DNA from: Sminthopsis crassicaudata
Taxonomy: Eukaryota
Assembly (NCBI RefSeq): GCF_048593235.1
Contig: NC_133620.1
Coordinates: 72,108,852 to 72,172,851, forward strand
Direction: 5' to 3'
Length of the DNA: 64,000 bases
The notes under the pieces are model-generated. The model had not been told where the DNA came from and did no database searches. It saw only the letters and a list, made by a program, of their open reading frames with translations. This document shows positions 24,447 to 34,885 of this stretch, in pieces. The position numbers and the translations under genes were made by a program. The first letter of the stretch is position 1; each line of letters opens with the position of its first letter.

Positions 24447-24713
24447 TTATAACATGCTGAATTGGATAGAAGAGTACGTAAATTTGTGTTTTAATATATC
24501 AGCTCTGATTAAAGTGAGCAACACTAACATTCACACCCCTGCTACTACTAAGGATTTTAGTTAAAAAAAAAATCCTGCCCGGATGCTTTTTGGTTGCATG
24601 AAAAGAGACGGCGCCATGTGGCGCATGACTTCACTTCGCCTTCTCCTAATTCCCTGTCTCAGACTTGTACAAGTGTCTTCAGTCTACCTGTCCTTGCCCT
24701 GAGGGCGCACATG

Positions 24714-24725
24714 TGCGCACGCGCA
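24714..24725. promoter_or_regulatory. NRF1 consensus site
   Basis: TGCGCACGCGCA matches YGCGCAYGCGCR and overlaps the 14-bp palindrome GCGCACATGTGCGC (24705-24718). Confidence 0.6.
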
Positions 24726-24830
24726 TTTCGGGTAAACTTGTGCTGTGAGCCTTAGGGGTTTCTGAGCTCTGCTCTTCAGAAGTTTCCTTCCCTTTTAAAA
24801 TAAGTGGGTTGTTTTCTTTGCTTTTTGAAG

Positions 24831-24980
24831 AACGAGGCTAATAAGATAAAGAAAGAAGCAGAGGCCCTAGAGCAGATGATGGACAAAAAGCTGAGGGACT
24901 ACGAGGACCTCCGGGAAGACATGAAAGGCAAGGAGCTTGAGGTGAAGGAGCTCCTGGAAAAGGGAAAGGCGGAGCAGCAG
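24831..24980 (+). CDS. LAMC1: Laminin gamma-1 exon 23 (150 nt)
   Basis: tgaag|AACGA, GCAG|gtgagc; NEANKIKKEAEALEQMMDKKLRDYEDLREDMKGKELEVKELLEKGKAEQQ. Confidence 0.96.
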
Positions 24981-25077
24981 GTGAGCCCGCGGGACCCGGC
25001 GTCTGCCGAGGGGCGGGGGAGCGGCGGGAGCGCGGGAGGGGGCTTTGCGCCGTCCTCATGGCCCCGTGCCTTCACAG

Positions 25078-25192
25078 ACCGCTGACCAGCTCTTGGCCCG
25101 AGCCGACGCCGCCAAGGCCCTGGCCGAGGAAGCCGCGAAGAAGGGGAAGAACACGTTGCAGGAAGCCAATGACATTCTCAACAACTTGAAAG
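25078..25192 (+). CDS. LAMC1: Laminin gamma-1 exon 24 (115 nt)
   Basis: cacag|ACCGC, AAAG|gtagaa; TADQLLARADAAKALAEEAAKKGKNTLQEANDILNNLK. Confidence 0.96.
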
Positions 25193-25596
25193 GTAGAAGA
25201 GAAAGCCCTGGAACCGAGAGATTCGGGGCGTTTCTAGACTGGGCCACCGGCTGAACGTGGCTTAAAGTTGGACCTGTTTTGGTAGATGAACGCTGTCATT
25301 TTAAATTTCTTCTGCTAGCCACACGCCCTTTTCTCCCCTTCCCCTCTCAATCTCTCTCCCTTCCGCACGTAGGGAGACTGTGACTCTGTCCCTGGTGCTT
25401 CTGCGCATACCTGTCTGCAGCTCAGGGGCCCGCCCACTGCCTAATTTAGGCATGAAAGGGCAAAAGCAGGAAGCGGAGGCGCCGTGGGGGGGCGCTGCGG
25501 CATCTTCTAAGCTCTCCTAGGCTCCTAGTCGTGTTCTGTTTGTCTCACGTACTGCGCCGTGTTGCCTCCGTGATTGCAACTCTTATGTCCTTTTAG

Positions 25597-25796
25597 ATTT
25601 CGACAGACGAGTCAATGACAACAAGACGGCAGCTGAGGAGGCCCTAAAGAAGATCCCCGCCATTAACCGCACGATCGCCGAGGCCAGCGAGAAGACGCGG
25701 GAAGCGCAGCTGGCCCTGGGCAACGCGGCCTCGGATGCGTCGGAGGCCAAAGCCAAGGCCCACGAGGCGGAGCGGATCGCGGCGGCCGTGCAGAAG
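25597..25796 (+). CDS. LAMC1: Laminin gamma-1 exon 25 (200 nt)
   Basis: tttag|ATTTC, GAAG|gtgcgg; FDRRVNDNKTAAEEALKKIPAINRTIAEASEKTREAQLALGNAASDASEAKAKAHEAERIAAAVQK. Confidence 0.96.
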
Positions 25797-26423
25797 GTGC
25801 GGGCACTCGGAGCAAAGGACTTTAACAGGCCTGTCCCAGTCATAAAAAGCACGCCGTCTGGCTTCTGATAAAATGCGTTCTTACCGCGTGACCCTGAGCA
25901 GTGCGTTTAGCGCCCTCTGCCTTAGGTTCCTCACCTGCAGTGCAGCAGCGCCCTCCCGGCGTGGTGTGAGAGGAAAGGGAGACAGGGCTTTCTTACCACG
26001 TGCCTTCCAGAGGTGGTGTGCTATTCATCACCCAAGTCCGGAGTCAGGGATGCGTGAGGACGCTTCTTTTTATTGAAGTTTCTTTGTTGGGAAGCTTAGT
26101 TTCACTGCTAAGACACAGAAGTGGCTGGGAGCGGCCCTTATTCTGCTCTGCGGATCAGTTTATCTAACGGTAAATTATCCGAGCCTTTGTTGGCTGCAGG
26201 GAGTGAGACAGATAAACCGTCCTCTCTGCCCTCAAATTCCTTAGGAAATCCGGTCTGCCTAAATCTCTCGGGTTCCAAAGAGCGCAAGCCCTTCGTGAAA
26301 CATAACGTAGTAAATTATATTTAGAAAATGTCTGAGAGTTGTGCATTTTAGCCATCTCAGGAAGAATAGAAAGAAAATGGTTTAGATCAAGTAAAAAGGG
26401 TGATACTTGTGTGTTGCTCCTAG

Positions 26424-26582
26424 AACGCGACCAGTACCAAAGCGGAGGCAGAAAGAACTTTTGCAGATGTTACAAATTTGGATAAAGAGGTGGACGACAT
26501 GCTGAAACAGTTACAAGAAGCAGAAAAGGAACTAAAGAAAAAGCAAGATGACGCGGATCAGGACATGATGATGGCGGGAATG
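26424..26582 (+). CDS. LAMC1: Laminin gamma-1 exon 26 (159 nt)
   Basis: cctag|AACGC, AATG|gtgagt; NATSTKAEAERTFADVTNLDKEVDDMLKQLQEAEKELKKKQDDADQDMMMAGM. Confidence 0.96.
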
Positions 26583-27375
26583 GTGAGTGGTTTGGGGGGG
26601 ACTTTGTCCCTGGTCACTCCCCAAAGAAGGACGGGACTGCTTAGTGGGAGCCCAGGCCTCTGCCCTCCCAGCCGCTGGAAGGGCCACGGGGTCTCATCAC
26701 TTCCTGGTGGATATTTGCGGTTCAGAGCTGCACAGCCCCATAGTTACTGTGGCCCTGCCCCCAAAAGCTGGTACTCCTAGAGGGAGGGAGGGGGGAGGGA
26801 AAGAGGAAGAGAGGGCAGACTGCAAATATTACACCCGCACCTTCAGGAGTCTCCCCTTCATGAAGCTACGTGAACAGCTTGTAATATCCTATAAACAGAA
26901 GACGTGTGTTTATGAAGCTCAAGAAAGGACAGAAAAGAGATTCTTCTTGCTCTGTCAAGCCAAGGTTCATGCTTTTGAAGCACTTTTTTTGTAATTCAGG
27001 ATCAGGATATGTGATCTTAGATGATAAAAATCATCCTAATACAAGTGCTCATTTCTAAACAGGCACTTTGAGGGAGCTCAAAAGATGTTCCCTGTCCCAT
27101 TACTGAGGATACAGATGTTTTTATATGGGAGATAATCGACTAGGAAAAAGTACACTGTTTATTAATATAAAAATCAGTTGTGTTTATATACTCCATTTTT
27201 ACTTTTCCTATTTTCCATAAAAAGATGTATTGCCTCAAGTTGAAATCCTATTAATTTAAAGTTTGACTATTTTTTAAAAATGTACATATATGTGCTCTAT
27301 ATTTAATATAAATATTAAAAAGAAACATAAATTATGTGAGAAAAATAGCTGTAAAAAAAAAAAAAAACGTTAAGA

Positions 27376-27519
27376 GGGGCAGCTAGGTGGCGCAGTGGAT
27401 AGAGCACCAGCCCTGAATTCAGGAGGACCCGAGTTCAAATCTGGTCTCAGACACTCAACACTTCCTAGCTGTGTGACCCTGGGCAAGTCACTTAACCCCA
27501 GCCTCAGACAAAAAATCTC
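27376..27519 (+). mobile_element. Young WSINE1 CORE-SINE
   Basis: GGGGCAGCTAGGTGGCGCAGTGGATAGAGCACCAGCCCTGAATTCAGGAGGACCCGAGTTCAAATC... with CpGs retained; flanks AAAAACGTTAAGA and AAAAACTTAAGA form a TSD. Confidence 0.85.
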
Positions 27520-27944
27520 AAAAACTTAAGAATTAAGGAACATTCAATGTAGAAAGAAGCTTAGAAATCACTTAGTTTAAATCCCTTCTTTAATAGACTG
27601 AATCGAGAAATACGTCCTCTGATCTCAGAAGAGAGACAGTTGGACAGACCTTGTTGTGTTTATTCTGTAATTTTGGTACATACTAGGCTGCTCTAAATGT
27701 CCATGTTTGGAGTGTAGTGAGGGAGAAATACTGTGTCCTGATGTGATTTCTTGTGATTGAGAACATTGTCCCAGGGGACAAGATAGCACTTCCACAAGGG
27801 GCCCTTAGAGGCCTAACAAAACCCACTGAATTGAAAAAAATAGCAAAGACGTTATTCTCAGGGAATTGCTTCTGTGATTCTGTTTTGTTTTGTCTTCCTT
27901 TGTCTTTCTCAGAGGAGTAAGTAAGGTGCTGGTAAGCAACATAG

Positions 27945-28100
27945 TCCACTAGACAGAGCACTTGGATCAATGATCTGAGTCAGAATCTTAGCTCTGTTAT
28001 ATCAGATCTTAGGGATCTTTCTTATTCCTTTTGAGCTTCAGTTTACTCATCTGTGAAATGAGAGGGATGAGGCAGTCTGTAATGTACCTCCCTAGACTTA
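27945..28100 (+). mobile_element. MIR
   Basis: gagcttcagtttactcatctgtgaaatgagaggg. Confidence 0.6.
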
Positions 28101-28379
28101 TTGAACTTTGGTGCTAAATTTTTGGCAGATTTTTCGGCTGGATTGATTTGGGGATAACTTTGGAAGCCAGGATCGCTAGAAATCAGCAGGGGAGTTCATT
28201 AAAAATGTTGTGTCAGTCTGACATAGATTAAAAAAATGTCAGGAGCCTAAAGTAACCAGATAGTATTGAAGCATTTGACAGTCAACATTCCACAATCCCA
28301 CCCACAGATGGATAAACCACTTTTCCCAAAGAATTAAGATCTTAAGTAACGGGCCATTGTTACCCCATATAACCAGTCA

Positions 28380-28960
28380 TATCTTTTCTTGTATGTCTTT
28401 ACATCTCTTACATCTGACTGCCACCTCATATCCTCCACTTCAAGCTATCATGTTGATACTGTAACACTACTTGCTTCTATGGTTGCAGTTACTTCCTCAT
28501 ATTGCTTCCTATTGTCAAGTCTCCCCTTACTCTCAGACTGTCTTCTACTCAGTTGCCAAGTGATTTTCCTTAAATATAAATCTGACCTATTGGCTCTAGG
28601 ATTAAATATAAACTCCTTTGTCTGATTTTAAAGTCCTGGACTCCAGACTATCTTTTAGCCTTTTTTTTTTAAATACAATATTATTAGTAACCCCTCTTCA
28701 TTCCTCTGTTGTTCAGTCTAGCTAAAACAGCCCTGTCTGTTTTCTTCACAGTCCTCCGTTTTCCATCTCTATACCTCTCTTCTGATTATCCACCTCCACT
28801 TCATAACCTTTGATCTCTTTAGTTTTTTGGTGGTTGTTTCTCCCCTGGAGTGTTAGTGACTTATGACTAAGAATTATTTTTCTTTGTATTGGTATCTTCT
28901 CTGTGCCTAACGTAGTTATTGGTTTATAGAAGCTACTTAATAAATGTCAACAGATTGATT
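28380..28960 (+). mobile_element. LINE-2 3' fragment
   Basis: Ends in the L2 tip tctgtgcctaacgtagtt...cttaataaatg...gattgatt. Confidence 0.55.
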
Positions 28961-28964
28961 GCCA

Positions 28965-29290
28965 GGTATGGGAGTGATTTTTAGTGGAATATCACAGGGT
29001 TCTGTTCTATTTGCATTCTTGTCAGTGACTTGGATAAAGTTAGAGGTGGTATATTTATCAAAATTGTAAGTAAACAAAACGGGGAGAGGAATAGCTCATA
29101 TATTGGATACTTGTCTAAAAAGATTTTGAGAGACATGAATGAGATAGAGACAGTATCCAAATTTATATAAAATCCATCCAGACACATTAAAAATCCAGAA
29201 TAAAACACTAATACTTTTGTTGGCAGAGAATATTGATGGAGTATGGCGATGGGAAATTCAGGACAATTGAATAAATGTAAGCTCCAGTTT
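28965..29290 (+). mobile_element. L3/CR1 reverse transcriptase remnant
   Basis: agtggaatatcacagggttctgttctatttgcattcttgtcagtgacttggat resembles SGVPQGSVL...LFNIFINDLD. Confidence 0.6.
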
Positions 29291-29753
29291 TTAAGCAATG
29301 TGGATGTCTTTTCTTTCAGAGAATGGTGCTTTGAAATGTCAAAATGCCTTTCAGAAACACTTATGTTTCTAAGAGTCTATATTGGACTTTTATTGCCCCA
29401 ATCATATCACATGGGGAAATAGATCTTAAAAATTGGAAACTTGAAAATTAAAGTTGGCATATAGTTTGCCCCATACTCATGGTGAAAATGCAGAAAGGAC
29501 TGTCTGTAGAAATAAAGTGCTGCTAGAGCACTCAGTATTTTCAAATATTTACCTAGATATACAGAAATGTTGCTCCGATGGTAATTTTCTAAACTGTTGT
29601 TTTTTTCTTCAATGGCAAAATACCCCCTAGAGAAGGTAGCTAAATTTGTTTTATGCAGTCTTTTCCCATTAATTTTAAGGAATTATTGAAATAAAACATA
29701 CTCAAGCACAAATACTTTTGCCTTAGAATTAAAATTACAAATCTTTTAGAATA

Positions 29754-29915
29754 GTAATGTCAAACTCAAATAGAAATTGATTCATACAGGCTACTTAGTG
29801 ACTTAGAAAATAAAAGTAGCATTTTCTCTGTTGCATTTTCATTTATTTTGTTAAACATTTCCTAATTAATTACAGTTTAGCCTGGTTCTTGACATCAGGA
29901 GTTTATTAGCTTTGA
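29754..29915. mobile_element. Marsupial hAT-type MITE, copy 1 of 3
   Basis: tgtcaaactcaaatagaaa...gacttagaaaa...atttattttgttaaacatttcctaatt, shared with 41.2 and 61.5 kb. Confidence 0.55.
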
Positions 29916-31185
29916 GTCTTAACTAGTTTTTTTCAAGTTGTTCATGCTTTCACTTACTAACTAAAAGGTAAAACAGTTCCCTTCCTTTATTTAATTAAAA
30001 TTTAGTAGCTATCAAATGAAAAATTCTAAAAATGAATCATTAGAAAACATCCTTGGTTATCTGAACTAAGGTTCATCATAAGGATGACAGAGAATGTAAG
30101 TAGAGCTTTAGATTTAATGGTAAAGTAAAATTTTAAAAGTCTCAGAAACCTTAAGTTTGGTGAAAATAGAACATGCTGATTTAGGACATCTGCTAAAACT
30201 TGGGGGAAGAAGGACTAAAACTATATCTTTGTAAACCCTTTATTTTGGAATGTTTTCTTGTGCTAACCCTAAATTGAAAACAATAGAATTATACTCTGTT
30301 ATGCAAACTTCTAAGCCTGTTCCCTGATGAATATTAGGAGTCCTACAAAAAGAACTGGATGATAGAAATTTCAAAATAAAAATACTGTAAAAAGTTATTG
30401 TGAAGCATCAAACCCTCATGTCAAATATCTCAGAAAATACTCATTTCTAACCTTGCTGCATTTATTTGGATCAGTGAAGCCATCTGCTTTTCTTTTTTTA
30501 GTGGCTTCCTCTTTGATCAGTTTCCTGTGAGTCATGTACATTGTATTTATTCAAATTACATGGGATTTTCCAAATAAATTCACCTTTAAGTTTATTCTGA
30601 ATTCTAACAGTAGTGTCATGAATGATTTAATTTTAATTTAATTTTCTTTGGAGATTTGGGATGAAGAGACTTATTTAATTATGAAAATATTTAAAAAGTT
30701 AGAACAATATGGTTCTAGCAAGCGTGACTTCTTTGATAATCCTGAAGAATATCTCTGTCCAAAAGTTGTTTTTTCACATAAATCCTTGAAAAAATTGTTC
30801 CTCAATAGACCTTGGTCTCTACTTTCCACCTACCTTCCCACCCTCACCCCCACATCCTGGAATGGATTACAGATATCTTGATTTATTGATAGGGGTGACA
30901 GATGGGACTAATCTTCATCTCTAAAAGGTGACTACAAAGAGTATAAGTATTATATGAACAGCATATTTAACAATATTATTGTGGAATAAATTTTAATGAT
31001 TAATACTTCTTACTGAATGATCTAAAAAGAACCCATCTTCTTGAAGGGAGAAATTGGAATTATATTAGCTTGGAAAGAGTATAAATTAGAAAGTAAGGTC
31101 TTTCTGTGTACTGAGAAAAGAAAAAAGTAAGGAGATTAAAGTCTATTGATGTTAGTGATATATTTTACCCACTTTTTCCCCCCAG

Positions 31186-31285
31186 GCTTCACAGGCTGCT
31201 CAAGAAGCAGAGATTAATGCAAGAAAGGCCAAGAACTCCGTTAGTAGCCTTCTCACCATCATCAACGACCTCTTGGAACAACTCG
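31186..31285 (+). CDS. LAMC1: Laminin gamma-1 exon 27 (100 nt)
   Basis: cccag|GCTTC, CTCG|gtatgt; ASQAAQEAEINARKAKNSVSSLLTIINDLLEQL. Confidence 0.96.
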
Positions 31286-31941
31286 GTATGTAGTAGGTGT
31301 ATGACCATTTCAAAAACTATAAAATACATATGGAATCCAGGTTTTTTGACATAAAGCAGATTATATAGTATAGGCTTATCTGATCAAGCTGTCCTAAATA
31401 TATAGTTTCACTCTTTGTTTCTTTAAATTGCCTCATGACAAGGCTGTCAGTCATCTAAGAACTTTTTTTGAAGGTCAGGAGTAGATAGGTATGCTGTCAA
31501 TGGGGCTTCTCTTAGGAACTATATATCTTGCCCATATCAATACCTTCCTTATTAAACTGGAATTTTATTAGATGCCTACTTGGAGCCAAATCTCTTTAAT
31601 AAAAAGGGCATATCCATATCATGTTGCTAGTACAACAATATATAGTGAGAAGAGCCCACAAATGAAAGTCAGGAGGACCAAGTTTTTGTTATAGATTTGC
31701 CATTTAATTAATTATATGATCTTGATTAAGTCACTTAATTTGCGTAAGTCTCAGTTTTTTTATTTGTAAGAGAAGAGGATTTTGGCAATAAGGAATTAGG
31801 TTATCTCTAGCATTCCTTCACAATTTAAAAAAATTTTTTAAATGATCTTTGCTGGTGATTGACATCAATATTTTGTATAGAATGATCCAGTACCAAAGGA
31901 TCCTTTCAGAAAAGTTCTAGACTTGGCATCCTTGTCCAAAA

Positions 31942-31942
<1 letters not shown>

Positions 31943-31982
<40 letters not shown>
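31943..31982. repeat. (CA)20 microsatellite in intron 27
   Basis: Perfect CA run. Confidence 0.98.
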
Positions 31983-31984
<2 letters not shown>

Positions 31985-33083
31985 TTAAAATAGATGGTCA
32001 AAGGAAAATAAAGCTTGCAGGAAAGTCTTAATATCCTGGAACATTTTTAATACTGTTTGAGATGAAGCAAACTTCATTATGAAACAGAGCTTTCTTGGAC
32101 TCTGTCCAAGTGGATTTAGTGATTAAACTACCAAAATATGTCATTACAAAGTAGTTCTACCTATAAGGGAGTCTTATAAGAGAGTTTTATAAGCTTCCAT
32201 TATCTTTTCATTTCTTATCTTCTATTTTCTTAAATTAGGGGGTGTTTGAAGTCTTGCCTTAGGAAGCTGAAGTCATTAGGTTGCCAGCAAGAGGGACAAG
32301 CTGTTCCAGGATGCTGTTTCCACTGTTTCACTAATACTAAAAACTTAAGCTTATTATAGAAAACTAACCTATCCATTTCCCCTCTCTCTAGATTTTAAAT
32401 CAAACTTAAATGCACCAGCTTTCTTAAACTGATATCTTTTGCAGGGAGTCATTTATTTTCTTCTTCTCCTTCCGATTCTCTTAAAACATAACCCTGAGAA
32501 TGGATCTACTTTGCCTTGAGAATATCTTTTGGGAGTGAGAAACAGACTAAAAATTATCGTGCTACCCTGGAGACCATTAAAATAACAAGCCAATCATATA
32601 TGTAAACTATACTAAATATTATTTAGCTGTCTTTCCAATGTGAAAATTAAATAACCTATGAAATTCACATGTAAAATTTGAGGTCCAGCACACTTTCCCC
32701 CAAACTGGAGCTTTTTGAGTCATTGTTGCCTTATCAATAAACCTGGCATACAACCAACACATAATCGTGCTTGATTAGCCTTGAGAGACTACAGAAAACA
32801 AAAGTGAATGTGTCCTCAGACAAAACCAATCCAACAAGTGTAAGCTTGTGGGTGGTGAATCATTCCAGTTGGATTCAGGTTAGCCTGTGTTTATACTTTG
32901 CCTACGTTGTTGTGTCCCCTGTACGATCTCCCTTATTTAGGAATCACATTTTGTATGTGGCTGCTGCCTGGCTCAGGTTTCACATCTGCTTTGTTAAGGG
33001 CTTCGGGACATGCATGTTGTCCTGTCTAGTGCTGTCTTGTCCCGGAGTGGAGTCTTTAGTGTCTATATTTTGTTACTCCATAG

Positions 33084-33340
33084 GACAACTGGACACTGTG
33101 GACCTGAACAAGCTGAATGAGATCGAAGGCACCCTGAACAAAGCCAAAGATGAGATGAAGGTCAGTGATCTCGACAGAAAAGTATCCGATCTGGAGAATG
33201 AAGCCAAGAAACAGGAGGCTGCCATTGTGGACTACAACAGAGATATTGAGGAAATCATGAAAGACATTCGCAACCTTGAAGACATCAAGAGGAGCTTGCC
33301 CTCAGGCTGCTTCAATACCCCCTCCATTGAGAAACCCTAA
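33084..33340 (+). CDS. LAMC1: Laminin gamma-1 exon 28, coding part (257 nt to TAA)
   Basis: catag|GACAA; QLDTVDLNKLNEIEG...IMKDIRNLEDIKRSLPSGCFNTPSIEKP*. The third-from-last Glu (GAG 33329-33331), needed for integrin binding in gamma-1, is intact. Confidence 0.98.
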
Positions 33341-33561
33341 AGGCTTGTCAGCAGGGCTGGGGGGTGGGGAGAGGCCCGCCCTCCCGCAGTGACTGGTGGA
33401 GTGATGGTGAGGCTATGGAGCGCCTTCACACCTAGAGGACCTTTTTCAGACCCCAACTCTCCGCTGCTCTCAGTCACTGTTCTTTATGAACCAGGAAAAG
33501 TTGCAAAGTTCAAAGAGAGGCAAATTAAACTTCTATTTTGGGCATCAAAGGGTTTTCTTTT

Positions 33562-33567
33562 AATAAA
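33562..33567 (+). terminator. Candidate proximal polyadenylation signal
   Basis: AATAAA 222 nt after the stop, with pyrimidine/U-rich sequence downstream. Further AATAAA at 33902-33907 and 35851-35856. Confidence 0.45.
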
Positions 33568-34877
33568 GTCTCTCTCTTCTACCCAAAATACCTTACCTTA
33601 CCAACACTCTCCCTTTTTGATTTGCACAATGCCACAAAGTGTCCTGGATTACAGTACAGTGGTATAAATGCAACTGTATGTGAACCACTGTATAACAGGG
33701 CACAAGAAGCACATTCTCTTGCTTCTCTCTTTGCCACCTAAAAGATCCTCCTCAGCTCTAGTCAGATCTCTTCATTTTTTTTTTTAATGAAGGAAACAAA
33801 GTGGCTACTAAAGTAGCAGTGGAAAGGCCAGGATAGCCCCACTTCCAGGGAAAGAAATGATTCTCTGGAGCCCTACCCTTGTTCAGCAGAATTGTAAAGG
33901 AAATAAACATCCCTGTGCCAAAAGTAGTGTCCAGTTAGAACTTTGGTAGCAGTCTACCAAATGTTTTACCATCTGATCTGAGTGCAATACCCTGAGCCAC
34001 CTGCTGATTAAAAAACACTATTATTTATAATATTGTATAGCAGGCCCCAGGACAGAAGAAGTGGGCTTAAAGTTTTCCTCAAAAGCCACTCATGGCCTGA
34101 AAAGTGAACCATTTCCCAAATCTTTGGGTATTAAGTAGTTCTCTGGGCTGGCAGCTTGCAAGATAGGGACCTGTTTTGCATTCACCAAAAGATTTGCATC
34201 CCTGTATGTGGAATTAATATAGAGAGATTTTATGCAAGAATGAAATAACCACTAAAGTTTTGGGATTTTTTTTGTTTTTGAGAAAAATAATCAAGTCAAT
34301 ATTTAACCATATTTGAGGGGGGGGCTATGTAATAGTCTTGGAGGTAGCATTAAATTATTAGGCAGAATAATTGGCCATGAAATTCTTGGTTTCAAAAAAT
34401 CCTTTTCATTCATACCACTTACAGAAGGATAAAATGTTCTGCTCATTTGGCATTATGTCAAGTTCCCTTGTGTTCTCCTGGAGAGAGATGAAATACTAAA
34501 CCCTTTAGTCCTGTCTTCTTCTGGTGTTTCCATGTCAAAAATCACACCAGAATATGCTGTTTGTGTCTAAACTTTGTGCGTATCAGTCGCATCCTTAGTA
34601 TGTCCCACAGCTGCCACCATCACCTAGAAGCCTCCACCTCATAATTATAACCTGTTGCAAAGTCTCTCTCCTTTATATTGAGGGAAGTCAGTTTCCTAAT
34701 AGGCTTTTCAACTTTTTTTTCCTCAACCTATAAATTTTCTCCATAGTTCACAGTACAGTGGCTTTCTTCTTACCACCCCCTCCCCCCACTCGTTGCCTTT
34801 GAAGATTCATATATAGCCTTTAACACTATGCAACTTTGTACTTTGCGTAGCGGGGAAGAAACTATTATCTGACACAC

Positions 34878-34885
34878 TGGTGCTA
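34878..34885 (+). promoter_or_regulatory. miR-29 8mer seed site
   Basis: TGGTGCTA in an AU-rich part of the 3' UTR; LAMC1 is an established miR-29 target in eutherians. Confidence 0.65.

Larger units (their letters stand above)
24575..26180. promoter_or_regulatory. Intragenic CpG island spanning exons 23-25
   Basis: Abrupt rise in GC and CpG content. Hand count gives about 24 CpG in the 200-nt exon 25 versus about 4 in the 246-nt exon 14. Introns 23 and 24 are also CpG-rich. Confidence 0.85.

Noticed and set aside
24695-24710. CCCTGAGGGCGC as a CTCF site in the CpG island
   Set aside because: It lacks the conserved A of the AG core, and the adjacent NRF1/E-box palindrome explains the sequence better.
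24838-25852. Minus-strand ORFs at 24838-25059, 25056-25247 and 25583-25852 as an antisense gene
   Set aside because: They are stop-poor shadows of GC-rich sense codons, with no recognisable domain or splice structure.
27970-27985. AP-1 heptamers here and elsewhere (for example 1861, 30527, 52322)
   Set aside because: They fall inside MIR copies or stand alone in AT-rich DNA at about chance frequency.
158-33340. LAMC1 as a pseudogene because of the stop in exon 21
   Set aside because: The other 16 exons have intact frames, splice sites and key motifs (NIDPNAV, terminal EKP). The two indels cancel out and lie within about 115 nt of an assembly gap.
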